Below, one piece after another: positions 8,119 to 15,595 of a stretch of 28,706 nt of DNA. The number at the start of each line of letters is the position of its first letter. The first letter of the stretch is position 1. The notes under the pieces are model-generated. The model was not told where the DNA came from. It saw nothing but the letters and a program-made list of their open reading frames with translations, and searched no databases. The translations under genes were made by a program, and so were the position numbers. The stretch is from Gemmatimonadaceae bacterium (GTDB lineage: Bacteria; Gemmatimonadota; Gemmatimonadetes; Gemmatimonadales; Gemmatimonadaceae), in assembly GCA_040902005.1 (NCBI GenBank), contig JBBDYA010000067.1, positions 1-28,706 on the forward strand. The letters are read 5' to 3'.

Positions 8119-9008
8119 CGCCCGTCGCCGGGGTCACCTATCCCGTCTCCGCTGCGGTGCGCGACTTCATCGCGCTCACCAAGCCACGCATCATTTCCCT
8201 GCTGCTGGTCACGACCATCGCGCCGATGTTCATCGCCGGCGCGCCCGGCTGGGACCTCGTGCTCGTGGTGTTCATCGGCGGCTACCTGATGGCGGGTGGC
8301 GCGAATGCGGTGAACATGTACCTCGACAGCGACATCGACGACCGCATGGCTCGCACGCGGCTGCGGCCGATTCCCTCCGGCCGCATGCAGCCGCGCGAGG
8401 TGCTGGCGTTCGGACTCCTGCTCGCGACCGCCGCCACGTTCCTGCTGGCCCGGTTCGCCAACGTGCTCACCGCCGCGCTCGCCCTCGCGGGCTTCTACTC
8501 GTACGTCTTCGTGTACACGCGCTGGCTCAAGCGCAGTACGCCGCAGAACATCGTCATCGGGGGGGCCGCGGGTGCCTTTCCGCCGCTCGTGGGATGGGCC
8601 GCGGTTACCGGCACGGTGGACCTCATGGCCGTGTACCTGTTCCTGATCATCTTCTACTGGACGCCGCCGCATTTCTGGGCGCTCGCACTCAACAAGCAGC
8701 ATGACTACGGGCGCGCGGGCGTGCCGATGGCGCCCCTCGTCTGGGGCGAGCCGGAGACCAAGCGGCAGATGTTCTGGTACACCGTGATCCTGGTCGCGCT
8801 CACGGTGATGCCGTGGGCGATGGGCATCCTGGGCGTGCCGTACCTCGTGAGCGCGCTGGTGCTGGGGGGCGTACTGCTGCGCGGCGTGGTCAGGGTGATG
8901 CGGGCGGCAGACCACGTGGCGCCAGCCTGGTGGGTGTACGGGTACTCCCTGCTCTACCTGGCGCTGCTGTTCGCCGCCATGGTGGGGGACCGGGCGCTGG
9001 CGCCCTAG
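8115..9008 (+). CDS. ctaB: Protoheme IX farnesyltransferase (heme O synthase)
   Basis: LTKPRII; NMYLDSDIDDRMARTRLRPIPSG; LKRSTPQNIVIGGAAGAFPPLVGW; WTPPHFWAL; DYGRAGVPM. ATG 8115 overlaps the ctaA stop. Confidence 0.95.
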   Translation: MTPVAGVTYPVSAAVRDFIALTKPRIISLLLVTTIAPMFIAGAPGWDLVLVVFIGGYLMAGGANAVNMYLDSDIDDRMARTRLRPIPSGRMQPREVLAFGLLLATAATFLLARFANVLTAALALAGFYSYVFVYTRWLKRSTPQNIVIGGAAGAFPPLVGWAAVTGTVDLMAVYLFLIIFYWTPPHFWALALNKQHDYGRAGVPMAPLVWGEPETKRQMFWYTVILVALTVMPWAMGILGVPYLVSALVLGGVLLRGVVRVMRAADHVAPAWWVYGYSLLYLALLFAAMVGDRALAP

Positions 9009-9035
9009 GGAAGCTCTGAAAAAGGGCTTCCCTAG
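9005..9035. repeat. 23-bp inverted-repeat element flanked by CTAG direct repeats (possible IS5-type miniature remnant; can also form a hairpin between convergent genes)
   Basis: CTAG-GGAAGCTCTGAAAAAGGGCTTCC-CTAG. Its first 15 bp recur exactly at 28634-28648. Confidence 0.7.
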
Positions 9036-9829
9036 CGCAGTGCCAGGGTGACGTTCAGGCGGCCCGACCCACCGGCGCCGATCGTCACCTGCCGCACGAG
9101 CGGCTGCTCCAACCCTTCGTGCCACACCTTCACGGTGTGGCTGCCGGCGGGCAGCCCCTCGATGATGAACGCCCCTCGCTCGTCCGTGAGCGCGAAGTAC
9201 GGATGTTCGAAGACCGCGATGTAGCCGCGCACCCAGGGATGACGCGTGCATCGCGCCTCGACGATGCCCGACTCGTCCGCGATCGTTTCGCTTGGAACGA
9301 CCTGGCCAGCGTCGAACGTCTGTACGCGCGCAACCGGCTCGCCCCGCGATTCGCGATAGAACCGCACGTCGTGCGCAACGGGATCGTTGGCGAACACGTT
9401 CACGGTCGTGCCCGCGGTGACCGCCAGCACGCGCGGGAGCACACGACACCGTTCGAACGTGAGCGTCGCGCGACGCAGCGTCGGGAGGGGCTTGCCGGAC
9501 GTGATGCCGTCCACCCAGACCAGCGCGTTCGCCAGCGAACTGTCGCGCGCGAGCACCTCGCGGACCGTGGCGCTATCGCCGCATGTTCGCGGGTCGACCC
9601 CCGTGCCGACGATGCTGTCGTTCAACTGACCCCGCACCAGCACCGTGCCGGCGAGCGACGCAGGCGTACCGACCGCGACCGCGCGATACGGTTGCCGCGT
9701 GCCGAGCCCGAGCGATACGGTGCCCGCGCTGGAGTCCTCGATTCTGCCCGCGTCACGCGAGGCGCGATCGCCGCATGCCAGGAGCGAACTGAGGAGCGCG
9801 AGGAGAGGTGTAACGGACCTGAGCGTCAT
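9032..9829 (-). CDS. Lipoprotein with cupredoxin-like / carboxypeptidase-regulatory-like beta domains
   Basis: Lipobox LLAC; RCTRHPWVRGYIAVFEHPYFALTDERGAFIIEGLPAGSHTVKVWHE. Confidence 0.75.
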   Translation of the reverse strand: MTLRSVTPLLALLSSLLACGDRASRDAGRIEDSSAGTVSLGLGTRQPYRAVAVGTPASLAGTVLVRGQLNDSIVGTGVDPRTCGDSATVREVLARDSSLANALVWVDGITSGKPLPTLRRATLTFERCRVLPRVLAVTAGTTVNVFANDPVAHDVRFYRESRGEPVARVQTFDAGQVVPSETIADESGIVEARCTRHPWVRGYIAVFEHPYFALTDERGAFIIEGLPAGSHTVKVWHEGLEQPLVRQVTIGAGGSGRLNVTLALR

Positions 9830-9876
9830 CGCGCGTCAAAAAGGCAAGCGACGGGCCACGCACCCCGTCGCCGGCA

Positions 9877-11046
9877 CTACACGACGATCAGATCGCGCTG
9901 ATACTCGGTCGGCGTCACGACGGCTTGCCCGGCCGCGAGGTACATGTTCACTTCGCTCCGCATCCCGATCTCGCCGCTCACGTAGATGCCCGGCTCGATG
10001 GAAAACGCGACGCCGGGAACCAGCAGGCGCTCCTCGCGGGTCTCGAGGTTGTCGATGTGCGGGCCGCTGCCGTGCAGGTCGCGCGGATCGATGCTGTGCC
10101 CGGTGCGATGTGTGAAGTATTCGCCGAACCCGCGGGCGACGATCACGCCGCGCGCGGCATCGTCCACCTCCGCGCCCCGCAGCGCCGCGCCCTCGCCCAC
10201 GCGGCGCTGCACCAGCGCGATGGCGGCATCGCGGGCGTCCCGCACCGCGGTCCAGACGTCGAGCGCGCGCGCGGAGGGTGCGCCGAGCGACGCCATCCAG
10301 GTCTGGTCAGCGTAGACGGCGCCGGGCTGCTGCTCGCGCGCCCACAGGTCGATGAGCAGGATGTCACCACGCGCGATCGGGCGCGGCGTGGACGCCGAGG
10401 GCTCGTAGTGCGGATTCGCCGCGTTCGCGCCCGCGGCGACGATCGGCCCGTGATCACAGAACAGCTGCTGGTCGGCGAACCGGTCCAGTATCCAGCGCTG
10501 GAGCTCGTGCTCCGGCATCGGCGAACCCTCACCGGCACGCGTTCCGGCGAGGGCGAGCGCATCGTGCGCGATGGCCGCGATCGCCGACGCGGCGCGGCGG
10601 TGGGATTCCACGTGCGCCGGCGACCAGGACGCGTAGAACCGCGTTACGAGTTCGCCGGACGACACGACCGTGGCACCCGCGGCTCTGACCATCTCCAGCA
10701 CACCCGCCGGCACGCGGTCGAGATACGGCACCGCGTCGCCCGCGGAGTATTCCATGGCCACGGTCTTTCCTTTCACGAGCCGCTCCAGCTGCTCCTCCAG
10801 CGCGCGCCAGGAGCTGTATCGCTCCCTGGGCCACTCGGCGGGCCACCGCTTCCACGGCGCCTGCTCGATGGCGTGCGAGATGGCGATCGGTGCCCCCTCG
10901 CGTGGCACGAGGGCGAAGATCCGGCGGCTCAGCAGACCCTCCATGCCGAGCAGTCCCGTGGCGACGGGGTTCAGTCCGTGGAAGTCGAACAGCAGCCAAC
11001 CGTCGAGGTGCTGCTCGCGAAGCGCCGCCTGGATGGCGGGCAGCAT
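9877..11046 (-). CDS. M24 family Xaa-Pro peptidase
   Basis: ANPHY, LLIDLWA, YADQTW, FTHRTGHSI, FSIEPGIY, MRSE metal-binding motifs. Start at ATG 11046 (or GTG 11061). Confidence 0.9.
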   Translation of the reverse strand: MLPAIQAALREQHLDGWLLFDFHGLNPVATGLLGMEGLLSRRIFALVPREGAPIAISHAIEQAPWKRWPAEWPRERYSSWRALEEQLERLVKGKTVAMEYSAGDAVPYLDRVPAGVLEMVRAAGATVVSSGELVTRFYASWSPAHVESHRRAASAIAAIAHDALALAGTRAGEGSPMPEHELQRWILDRFADQQLFCDHGPIVAAGANAANPHYEPSASTPRPIARGDILLIDLWAREQQPGAVYADQTWMASLGAPSARALDVWTAVRDARDAAIALVQRRVGEGAALRGAEVDDAARGVIVARGFGEYFTHRTGHSIDPRDLHGSGPHIDNLETREERLLVPGVAFSIEPGIYVSGEIGMRSEVNMYLAAGQAVVTPTEYQRDLIVV

Positions 11047-11053
11047 GCCGGGA

Positions 11054-11680
11054 CTAAGCACCGGCCTCGAAGGTTTTCCAGTCCGCGCGCCACTCGCAGG
11101 TGCCCTCGCTGCGCCCGGCGCATCGCACATGGTCCACGGAGCCCACGCCGCCGATGAGGAGCGCCAGCAGCTCGCGCAGCATCGCCTCGTAGAACGAGCA
11201 TCCCACCGTGCCGGGGCCGGTATTGAGCGTGACCGAATGCGGCACGTCCAGCAGGACGTAGCCGCCCACACGACGAACCGCGCCGCCCAGATACCGCTGG
11301 GCAATGGCGCGCGTTCGTCGCAGCGCCAGGGGACGCGCGATCATGGACGGCAGCAGGCGAAGCATCTTGCGCGAAATGAAGTTGATCGTGCCGTACGCCT
11401 CGCGCGCCAGGTAGCAGCCGGCGGCGCGAAACACATGCTCCGCGTCGGGACGTCGCCCGATCAGGCGGGCCAGCGCCACCGATTCGTCGTGCTGCGCGCG
11501 CTGCCCTTTGCGCACCAGTTCGGCGTAGCGCTTGATCTGGAGATACACGGTGTCGCTCAGGCCGAGCCGCTTGTTGCGCAGTTCGTCCACGAATTCCGAA
11601 TCGAGGTCGGCAGGCTTGTCCACGTCGCGCACGGCCTCGAGGAGGCTGAGCGGCAAAAGTGCGTCTACGGTCGCGGGCAT
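11054..11680 (-). CDS. V4R / BchJ-like domain protein
   Basis: C-terminal GCSFYEAMLRELL...VDHVRCAGRSEGTCEW matches the V4R C...H/E-x-x-C...C pattern. Confidence 0.65.
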   Translation of the reverse strand: MPATVDALLPLSLLEAVRDVDKPADLDSEFVDELRNKRLGLSDTVYLQIKRYAELVRKGQRAQHDESVALARLIGRRPDAEHVFRAAGCYLAREAYGTINFISRKMLRLLPSMIARPLALRRTRAIAQRYLGGAVRRVGGYVLLDVPHSVTLNTGPGTVGCSFYEAMLRELLALLIGGVGSVDHVRCAGRSEGTCEWRADWKTFEAGA

Positions 11681-11735
11681 CGCCCAAAGCTGGCTGGCTG
11701 GTGGGCTGTTTTCCAGAGAGAGTTATTGTTGAAAC

Positions 11736-12524
11736 GTGAATTCCCTCCCCACGTGGGCGATCGGGCTTGCGCTCGCGAGCGGCGTGGCCATCATCGCGCG
11801 GCGCGCGGGCGCCCTGAGCGGATCCGGGGCGCTGGCCGCCGCCGCGATCGGATCGATCGCCGTGGGCGCGGGGTGGAGCTGGGGGTTGCTCCTCATCGGG
11901 TACTTCGTTTCCTCCTCGGCACTCACACGCTTTCGAGCCGGCGACAAGTCCGCCCGCACAGACGGTCGCGTCGAGAAGGGCGGTCGGCGCGATGCCGCGC
12001 AGGTGATGGCGAACGGGGGCGCGTTCGCGCTCGCGGCCGTGGGCTGGTGGTGCACCGCGGATCCGGTGTTCCAGTGGCTGGGCGCCGGTGCGCTGGCGGC
12101 GTCTGCTGCGGACACGTGGGCAACCGAGATCGGCACGCTCTCTCGAGCGGCGCCCAGGTTGGTACTCTCGTGGCGCACCGTCCCGGCTGGCACGTCTGGG
12201 GGTGTGTCGGTCCTTGGCCTTCTGGCGGCGCTCGCCGGCGCGGCGTTCGTCGCGCTGCTGGCGCTCGCCCTCGCATGGCCGCGGTCGGCGGCGATGGCCG
12301 CCGTCGCGGGCGGAGTGGCGGGCATGTTGCTGGACTCGCTGATCGGCGCCACCCTTCAGGCGCGCCACTGGTGCGCGACATGCGCAACGGACACGGAGCA
12401 GCGTGTCCATCGCTGCGGGCAGCCGACGGCGCACGCCGGCGGAATCCGGTGGCTTGGCAACGACGCCGTGAACGCGCTGAGCACCGTGGGCGGCGCGCTC
12501 ATCGGTGCGGCGGTGGCCGGATGA
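11736..12524 (+). CDS. DUF92 (TMEM19/VTE6-like) membrane protein
   Basis: EKGGRRDAAQVMANG, ADTWATEIG, VPAGTSGGVS, DSLIGATLQ, NDAVN; Cys/His insert CATC...HRCG. Confidence 0.9.
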   Translation: MNSLPTWAIGLALASGVAIIARRAGALSGSGALAAAAIGSIAVGAGWSWGLLLIGYFVSSSALTRFRAGDKSARTDGRVEKGGRRDAAQVMANGGAFALAAVGWWCTADPVFQWLGAGALAASAADTWATEIGTLSRAAPRLVLSWRTVPAGTSGGVSVLGLLAALAGAAFVALLALALAWPRSAAMAAVAGGVAGMLLDSLIGATLQARHWCATCATDTEQRVHRCGQPTAHAGGIRWLGNDAVNALSTVGGALIGAAVAG

Positions 12525-12531
12525 CCGAACG

Positions 12532-13767
12532 ATGACAGAACGCCTCGATGTGATCGTGGTCGGCGGTGGACCGGCCGGCGCCAGCACCGCGTTTCAGCTC
12601 GCGCGTCAGGGCGTGCGCGTGCGCGTGCTGGAGCGCGCCCGGTTCCCGCGCGCGAAACCGTGCGCGGAGTGCCTCAGTCCGCAGGCCTCGCGCATCCTGG
12701 ATGACATGGGGGTGCTGTCCGCCCTGGAATCGCGCGGCGCCCTGCTGAGCGGCATGACCGTGCGCGCGCCAAATGGCACCTGGCTGCGTGGCGACTACGT
12801 CGCCGGGCATGGCTATCGCGGCTATCGCGACCGCGGCCTCGCGCTGCGGCGTGACGTGCTCGACCATGCCCTGCTCACGCGCGCCCGGGAGGCCGGCGCC
12901 TTGGTGGACGAGCGGGTGCGAGTGACCGGCGTGCGCCGCAACCGGCGCGATGAAGTGGGCGGCGTCACCGTGCTCACCCCCGGCGGCGGCACGCGCGACC
13001 TGTCCGCGCCCATGATCGTCGGCGCCGACGGGCTGCGATCGGTGATCGCGCGGCGCCTGGGTCTCGCCCGCGCCGCGACGTGGCCCCGCCGCATCTCGCT
13101 GGTCGCGCACTTTCGCGGCGTGGCCGACGTTGGGGCCTACGGTGAGATGCACGTGGAGCCGGATGGGTTCGTCGGCATCGCCGACGTGGGCGAGGGCGTG
13201 ACGACGGTCGCGGCCGTCTTCCCCGCGGCGCGCGCGACGGAGATGTCCCGCGATCGCGCGCATTTTCTCCGTCGCTGGCTCGCGTCCAAGCCGCATCTCG
13301 CCAGCCGGTTCGTGGGGGCAACACAGGACGGACCCGCGCGGGCCGTTGGGCCGTTCGCGTCGCACGCGCGGCGCGCGTGGCACGAAGGCGCCGTGCTCGT
13401 GGGCGACGCCGCCGACTTCTTCGACCCGTTCACCGGCGAGGGTATCTACTCCGCGCTGCGCGGTGGCGAGCTGGCGGCCGACGCGATCGTCGAGGCGCTC
13501 GGCGCGTCCCGGTCCGCCGACTCGACGCGCGCGTTGCGCGGGTACGACGCAGCGCGCACGCGCGAGTTCGGCGACAAATGGCGGGTGGAGCGGCTGATCG
13601 GCGTGGGCGTCGCCTTTCCCGTCCTGGTGAATCGCGCCGCGCGCGCCCTGGCCGCGCGAAAGCCGTTGGCCGATCTGCTCATCGGCGTCACCGGTGATTT
13701 CGTTCCCGCCCGGGAGGTGCTGCGGCCATCGTATCTCGCGCGGCTGTTTCTGGTGCCGGCGGGATGA
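12532..13767 (+). CDS. FAD-dependent oxidoreductase (geranylgeranyl reductase / FixC-like family)
   Basis: DVIVVGGGPAG, RFPRAKPCAE, IVGADG, LVGDAADFFDPFTGEGI. Confidence 0.88.
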   Translation: MTERLDVIVVGGGPAGASTAFQLARQGVRVRVLERARFPRAKPCAECLSPQASRILDDMGVLSALESRGALLSGMTVRAPNGTWLRGDYVAGHGYRGYRDRGLALRRDVLDHALLTRAREAGALVDERVRVTGVRRNRRDEVGGVTVLTPGGGTRDLSAPMIVGADGLRSVIARRLGLARAATWPRRISLVAHFRGVADVGAYGEMHVEPDGFVGIADVGEGVTTVAAVFPAARATEMSRDRAHFLRRWLASKPHLASRFVGATQDGPARAVGPFASHARRAWHEGAVLVGDAADFFDPFTGEGIYSALRGGELAADAIVEALGASRSADSTRALRGYDAARTREFGDKWRVERLIGVGVAFPVLVNRAARALAARKPLADLLIGVTGDFVPAREVLRPSYLARLFLVPAG

Positions 13768-13784
13768 CCGGATAGCTTTGCCGC

Positions 13785-14261
13785 ATGGGAATCGGGCCAG
13801 ACCAGTTCCGCGCGGTGCTCGGCCGTTTCGCGTGCGGCGTCACGGTGCTCACCGCCCGGGATTCGGCCGGAAACGACCACGGTATGACGGTCAGCGCGTT
13901 CTGTTCCGTGAGTCTCCAGCCGCCGCTGGTGCTCGCGTGCATCGACCGGAGCGCGGAGATGTTTCCGGTGCTCGAAGACTCGACCCACTTCGGCATCAGC
14001 ATCCTCGCGGAGGGGCAGGAAGCGCTCTCGCGCCGCTTCGCGGAGCTGCCGGTGGGACGCCTCGACGGCGTGGGGTACACGCGGGCGGAGAGCGGTGTGG
14101 TGCTGCTGGATGACGCGCTGGCGCATCTCGAGTGTCGCGTGGTGGACAGCCAACCGGCCGGCGATCACATCATTTATATGGGCGAGGTGGTTGGGGCCAG
14201 CTCCAGGCAGGACGCCCCCCTGCTCTACTATCGCGGCGGCTACGCGCGGCTGGCGCGCTGA
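13785..14261 (+). CDS. Flavin reductase (HpaC/RutF-like)
   Basis: FRAVLGRFACGVTVLT, GMTVSAFCSVSLQPPLV, AGDHIIYMGEV, PLLYYRGGY. Confidence 0.93.
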   Translation: MGIGPDQFRAVLGRFACGVTVLTARDSAGNDHGMTVSAFCSVSLQPPLVLACIDRSAEMFPVLEDSTHFGISILAEGQEALSRRFAELPVGRLDGVGYTRAESGVVLLDDALAHLECRVVDSQPAGDHIIYMGEVVGASSRQDAPLLYYRGGYARLAR

Positions 14262-14968
14262 TGCCCTGGCAGTGGACGCCCCCCCCCCCTCGGCGGCGCG
14301 GCGTCGAGATCCTGGACGACCCCGGCACCGACGACAGTGTCCGCGCCCGCTCCATGGCCGACGTCGTCCGCGCCAACACGCTCTTCGGCGGAACGCGAGC
14401 CGTGCTCGCCGCGGTGCGGCACCTCATGCCGCGACTGCCCACAACGGCGCTGCTCCTGGACGTCGGCACGGGAAGCGGGGACATCCCGGACCGACTGCGC
14501 GCCGAGGCACGTCGCCACGGAAAGGATCTCACGATCATCGGCGCCGATCTGTGCCCCGCGCTCCTCCAGGCGAACCGGGAGCGCTTCTCGGCGGCGGTCG
14601 CCGCCGACGTGACGCGGCTCCCTGTTCGCGACGGTGCGGCCACGCTGGTCGTCTGCTCGCAGCTTCTGCACCATTTCGCGGAGCGGGAGGCGCGGGCGGT
14701 GATCGCGGAACTGCACCGGGCCTCGCGCGGCTGGGTGGTGATTGCGGACCTCAGGCGCAGCCGGCTGGCCGCCGCCGGGTTCTGGACCGCGAGCCGCCTG
14801 CTGCGATTTCACCCGGTGACACAACATGATGGCGTCACCTCCGTCTTTCGCGGCTTCACCATGCAGGAGCTGGCCACGCTGGTGCGGGGGGTGACGGGGA
14901 TCACTCCCCACGTGCGCGGCGGCGTGTTCTGGCGCCTGACCGCCACATGGGAGAAAGGTCCACGTTAG
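14261..14968 (+). CDS. Class I SAM-dependent methyltransferase
   Basis: EILDDP...RANTLFGG, LLDVGTGSGD, CSQLLHHF, DLRRS, HDGVTSVFRGF. Start overlaps the upstream stop (TGATG). Confidence 0.88.
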   Translation: MPWQWTPPPPRRRGVEILDDPGTDDSVRARSMADVVRANTLFGGTRAVLAAVRHLMPRLPTTALLLDVGTGSGDIPDRLRAEARRHGKDLTIIGADLCPALLQANRERFSAAVAADVTRLPVRDGAATLVVCSQLLHHFAEREARAVIAELHRASRGWVVIADLRRSRLAAAGFWTASRLLRFHPVTQHDGVTSVFRGFTMQELATLVRGVTGITPHVRGGVFWRLTATWEKGPR

Positions 14969-15029
14969 ATATCGCTGACGCCCGGCACGGGCGGAGCACC
15001 GTCACGGCTGCCACTGGCTTCACACGGAC

Positions 15030-15590
15030 ATGCAATTGACATCGAGCGCGGGTTGGTCGAACGAGCTGGGACTGATGCCGGAGCGGGCGCGGATGCGCAC
15101 CGTGGACGAGCGGATCGTGCGCGCCCCGCCGCGTGACATCTTCGAGATCGCGGCGGACGTGGAGCGGTGGCCGGACCATCTGGCGCACTACCGATTCGTG
15201 CGCTTCCGCGAACGGATGGCCCGCGGCGGCATCGTGGAAATGTCCGCGAATCGTCCGTTCGGCCCGCTCGCCTGGCCCACCTGGTGGCTGTCGCTGATGC
15301 AAGTGCAGGAGCGCGCCGGGAGCGGGCCGGCGATCCGGTTCCGTCACATCGGTGGCATCACCACGCGGATGGAGGTGGAGTGGTCCTTTTCGCCGGTGGC
15401 TTCAGGGACGCTCGTCACCGTGCTCCATCTATGGAATGGGCCCACGTGGCCATTGATCGGCACGTTAGCGGCGCGCGCGGTGATCGGGCCGGTATTCGTG
15501 CATGGCATCGCGTCACGAACGCTGGATGGACTCGCGCGCGCGGCGGAGCGGCGCCAGACTTCACCACGGGATTCTTCTCGGGAGCAGTAG
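15030..15590 (+). CDS. SRPBCC/START-fold protein (polyketide cyclase/aromatase-like)
   Basis: VRAPPRDIFEIAADVERWPDHLAHYRFV...FRHIGGITTRMEVEWSF...VTVLH. Start uncertain (15030/15075/15093). Confidence 0.8.
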   Translation: MQLTSSAGWSNELGLMPERARMRTVDERIVRAPPRDIFEIAADVERWPDHLAHYRFVRFRERMARGGIVEMSANRPFGPLAWPTWWLSLMQVQERAGSGPAIRFRHIGGITTRMEVEWSFSPVASGTLVTVLHLWNGPTWPLIGTLAARAVIGPVFVHGIASRTLDGLARAAERRQTSPRDSSREQ

Positions 15591-15595
15591 TCGGA

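Noticed and set aside
12532..14261. Flavin-dependent halogenase plus reductase pair
   Set aside because: The halogenase WxWxIP motif is absent, while KPC and DPFTGEGI point to the GGR/FixC-like family. Not fully excluded.
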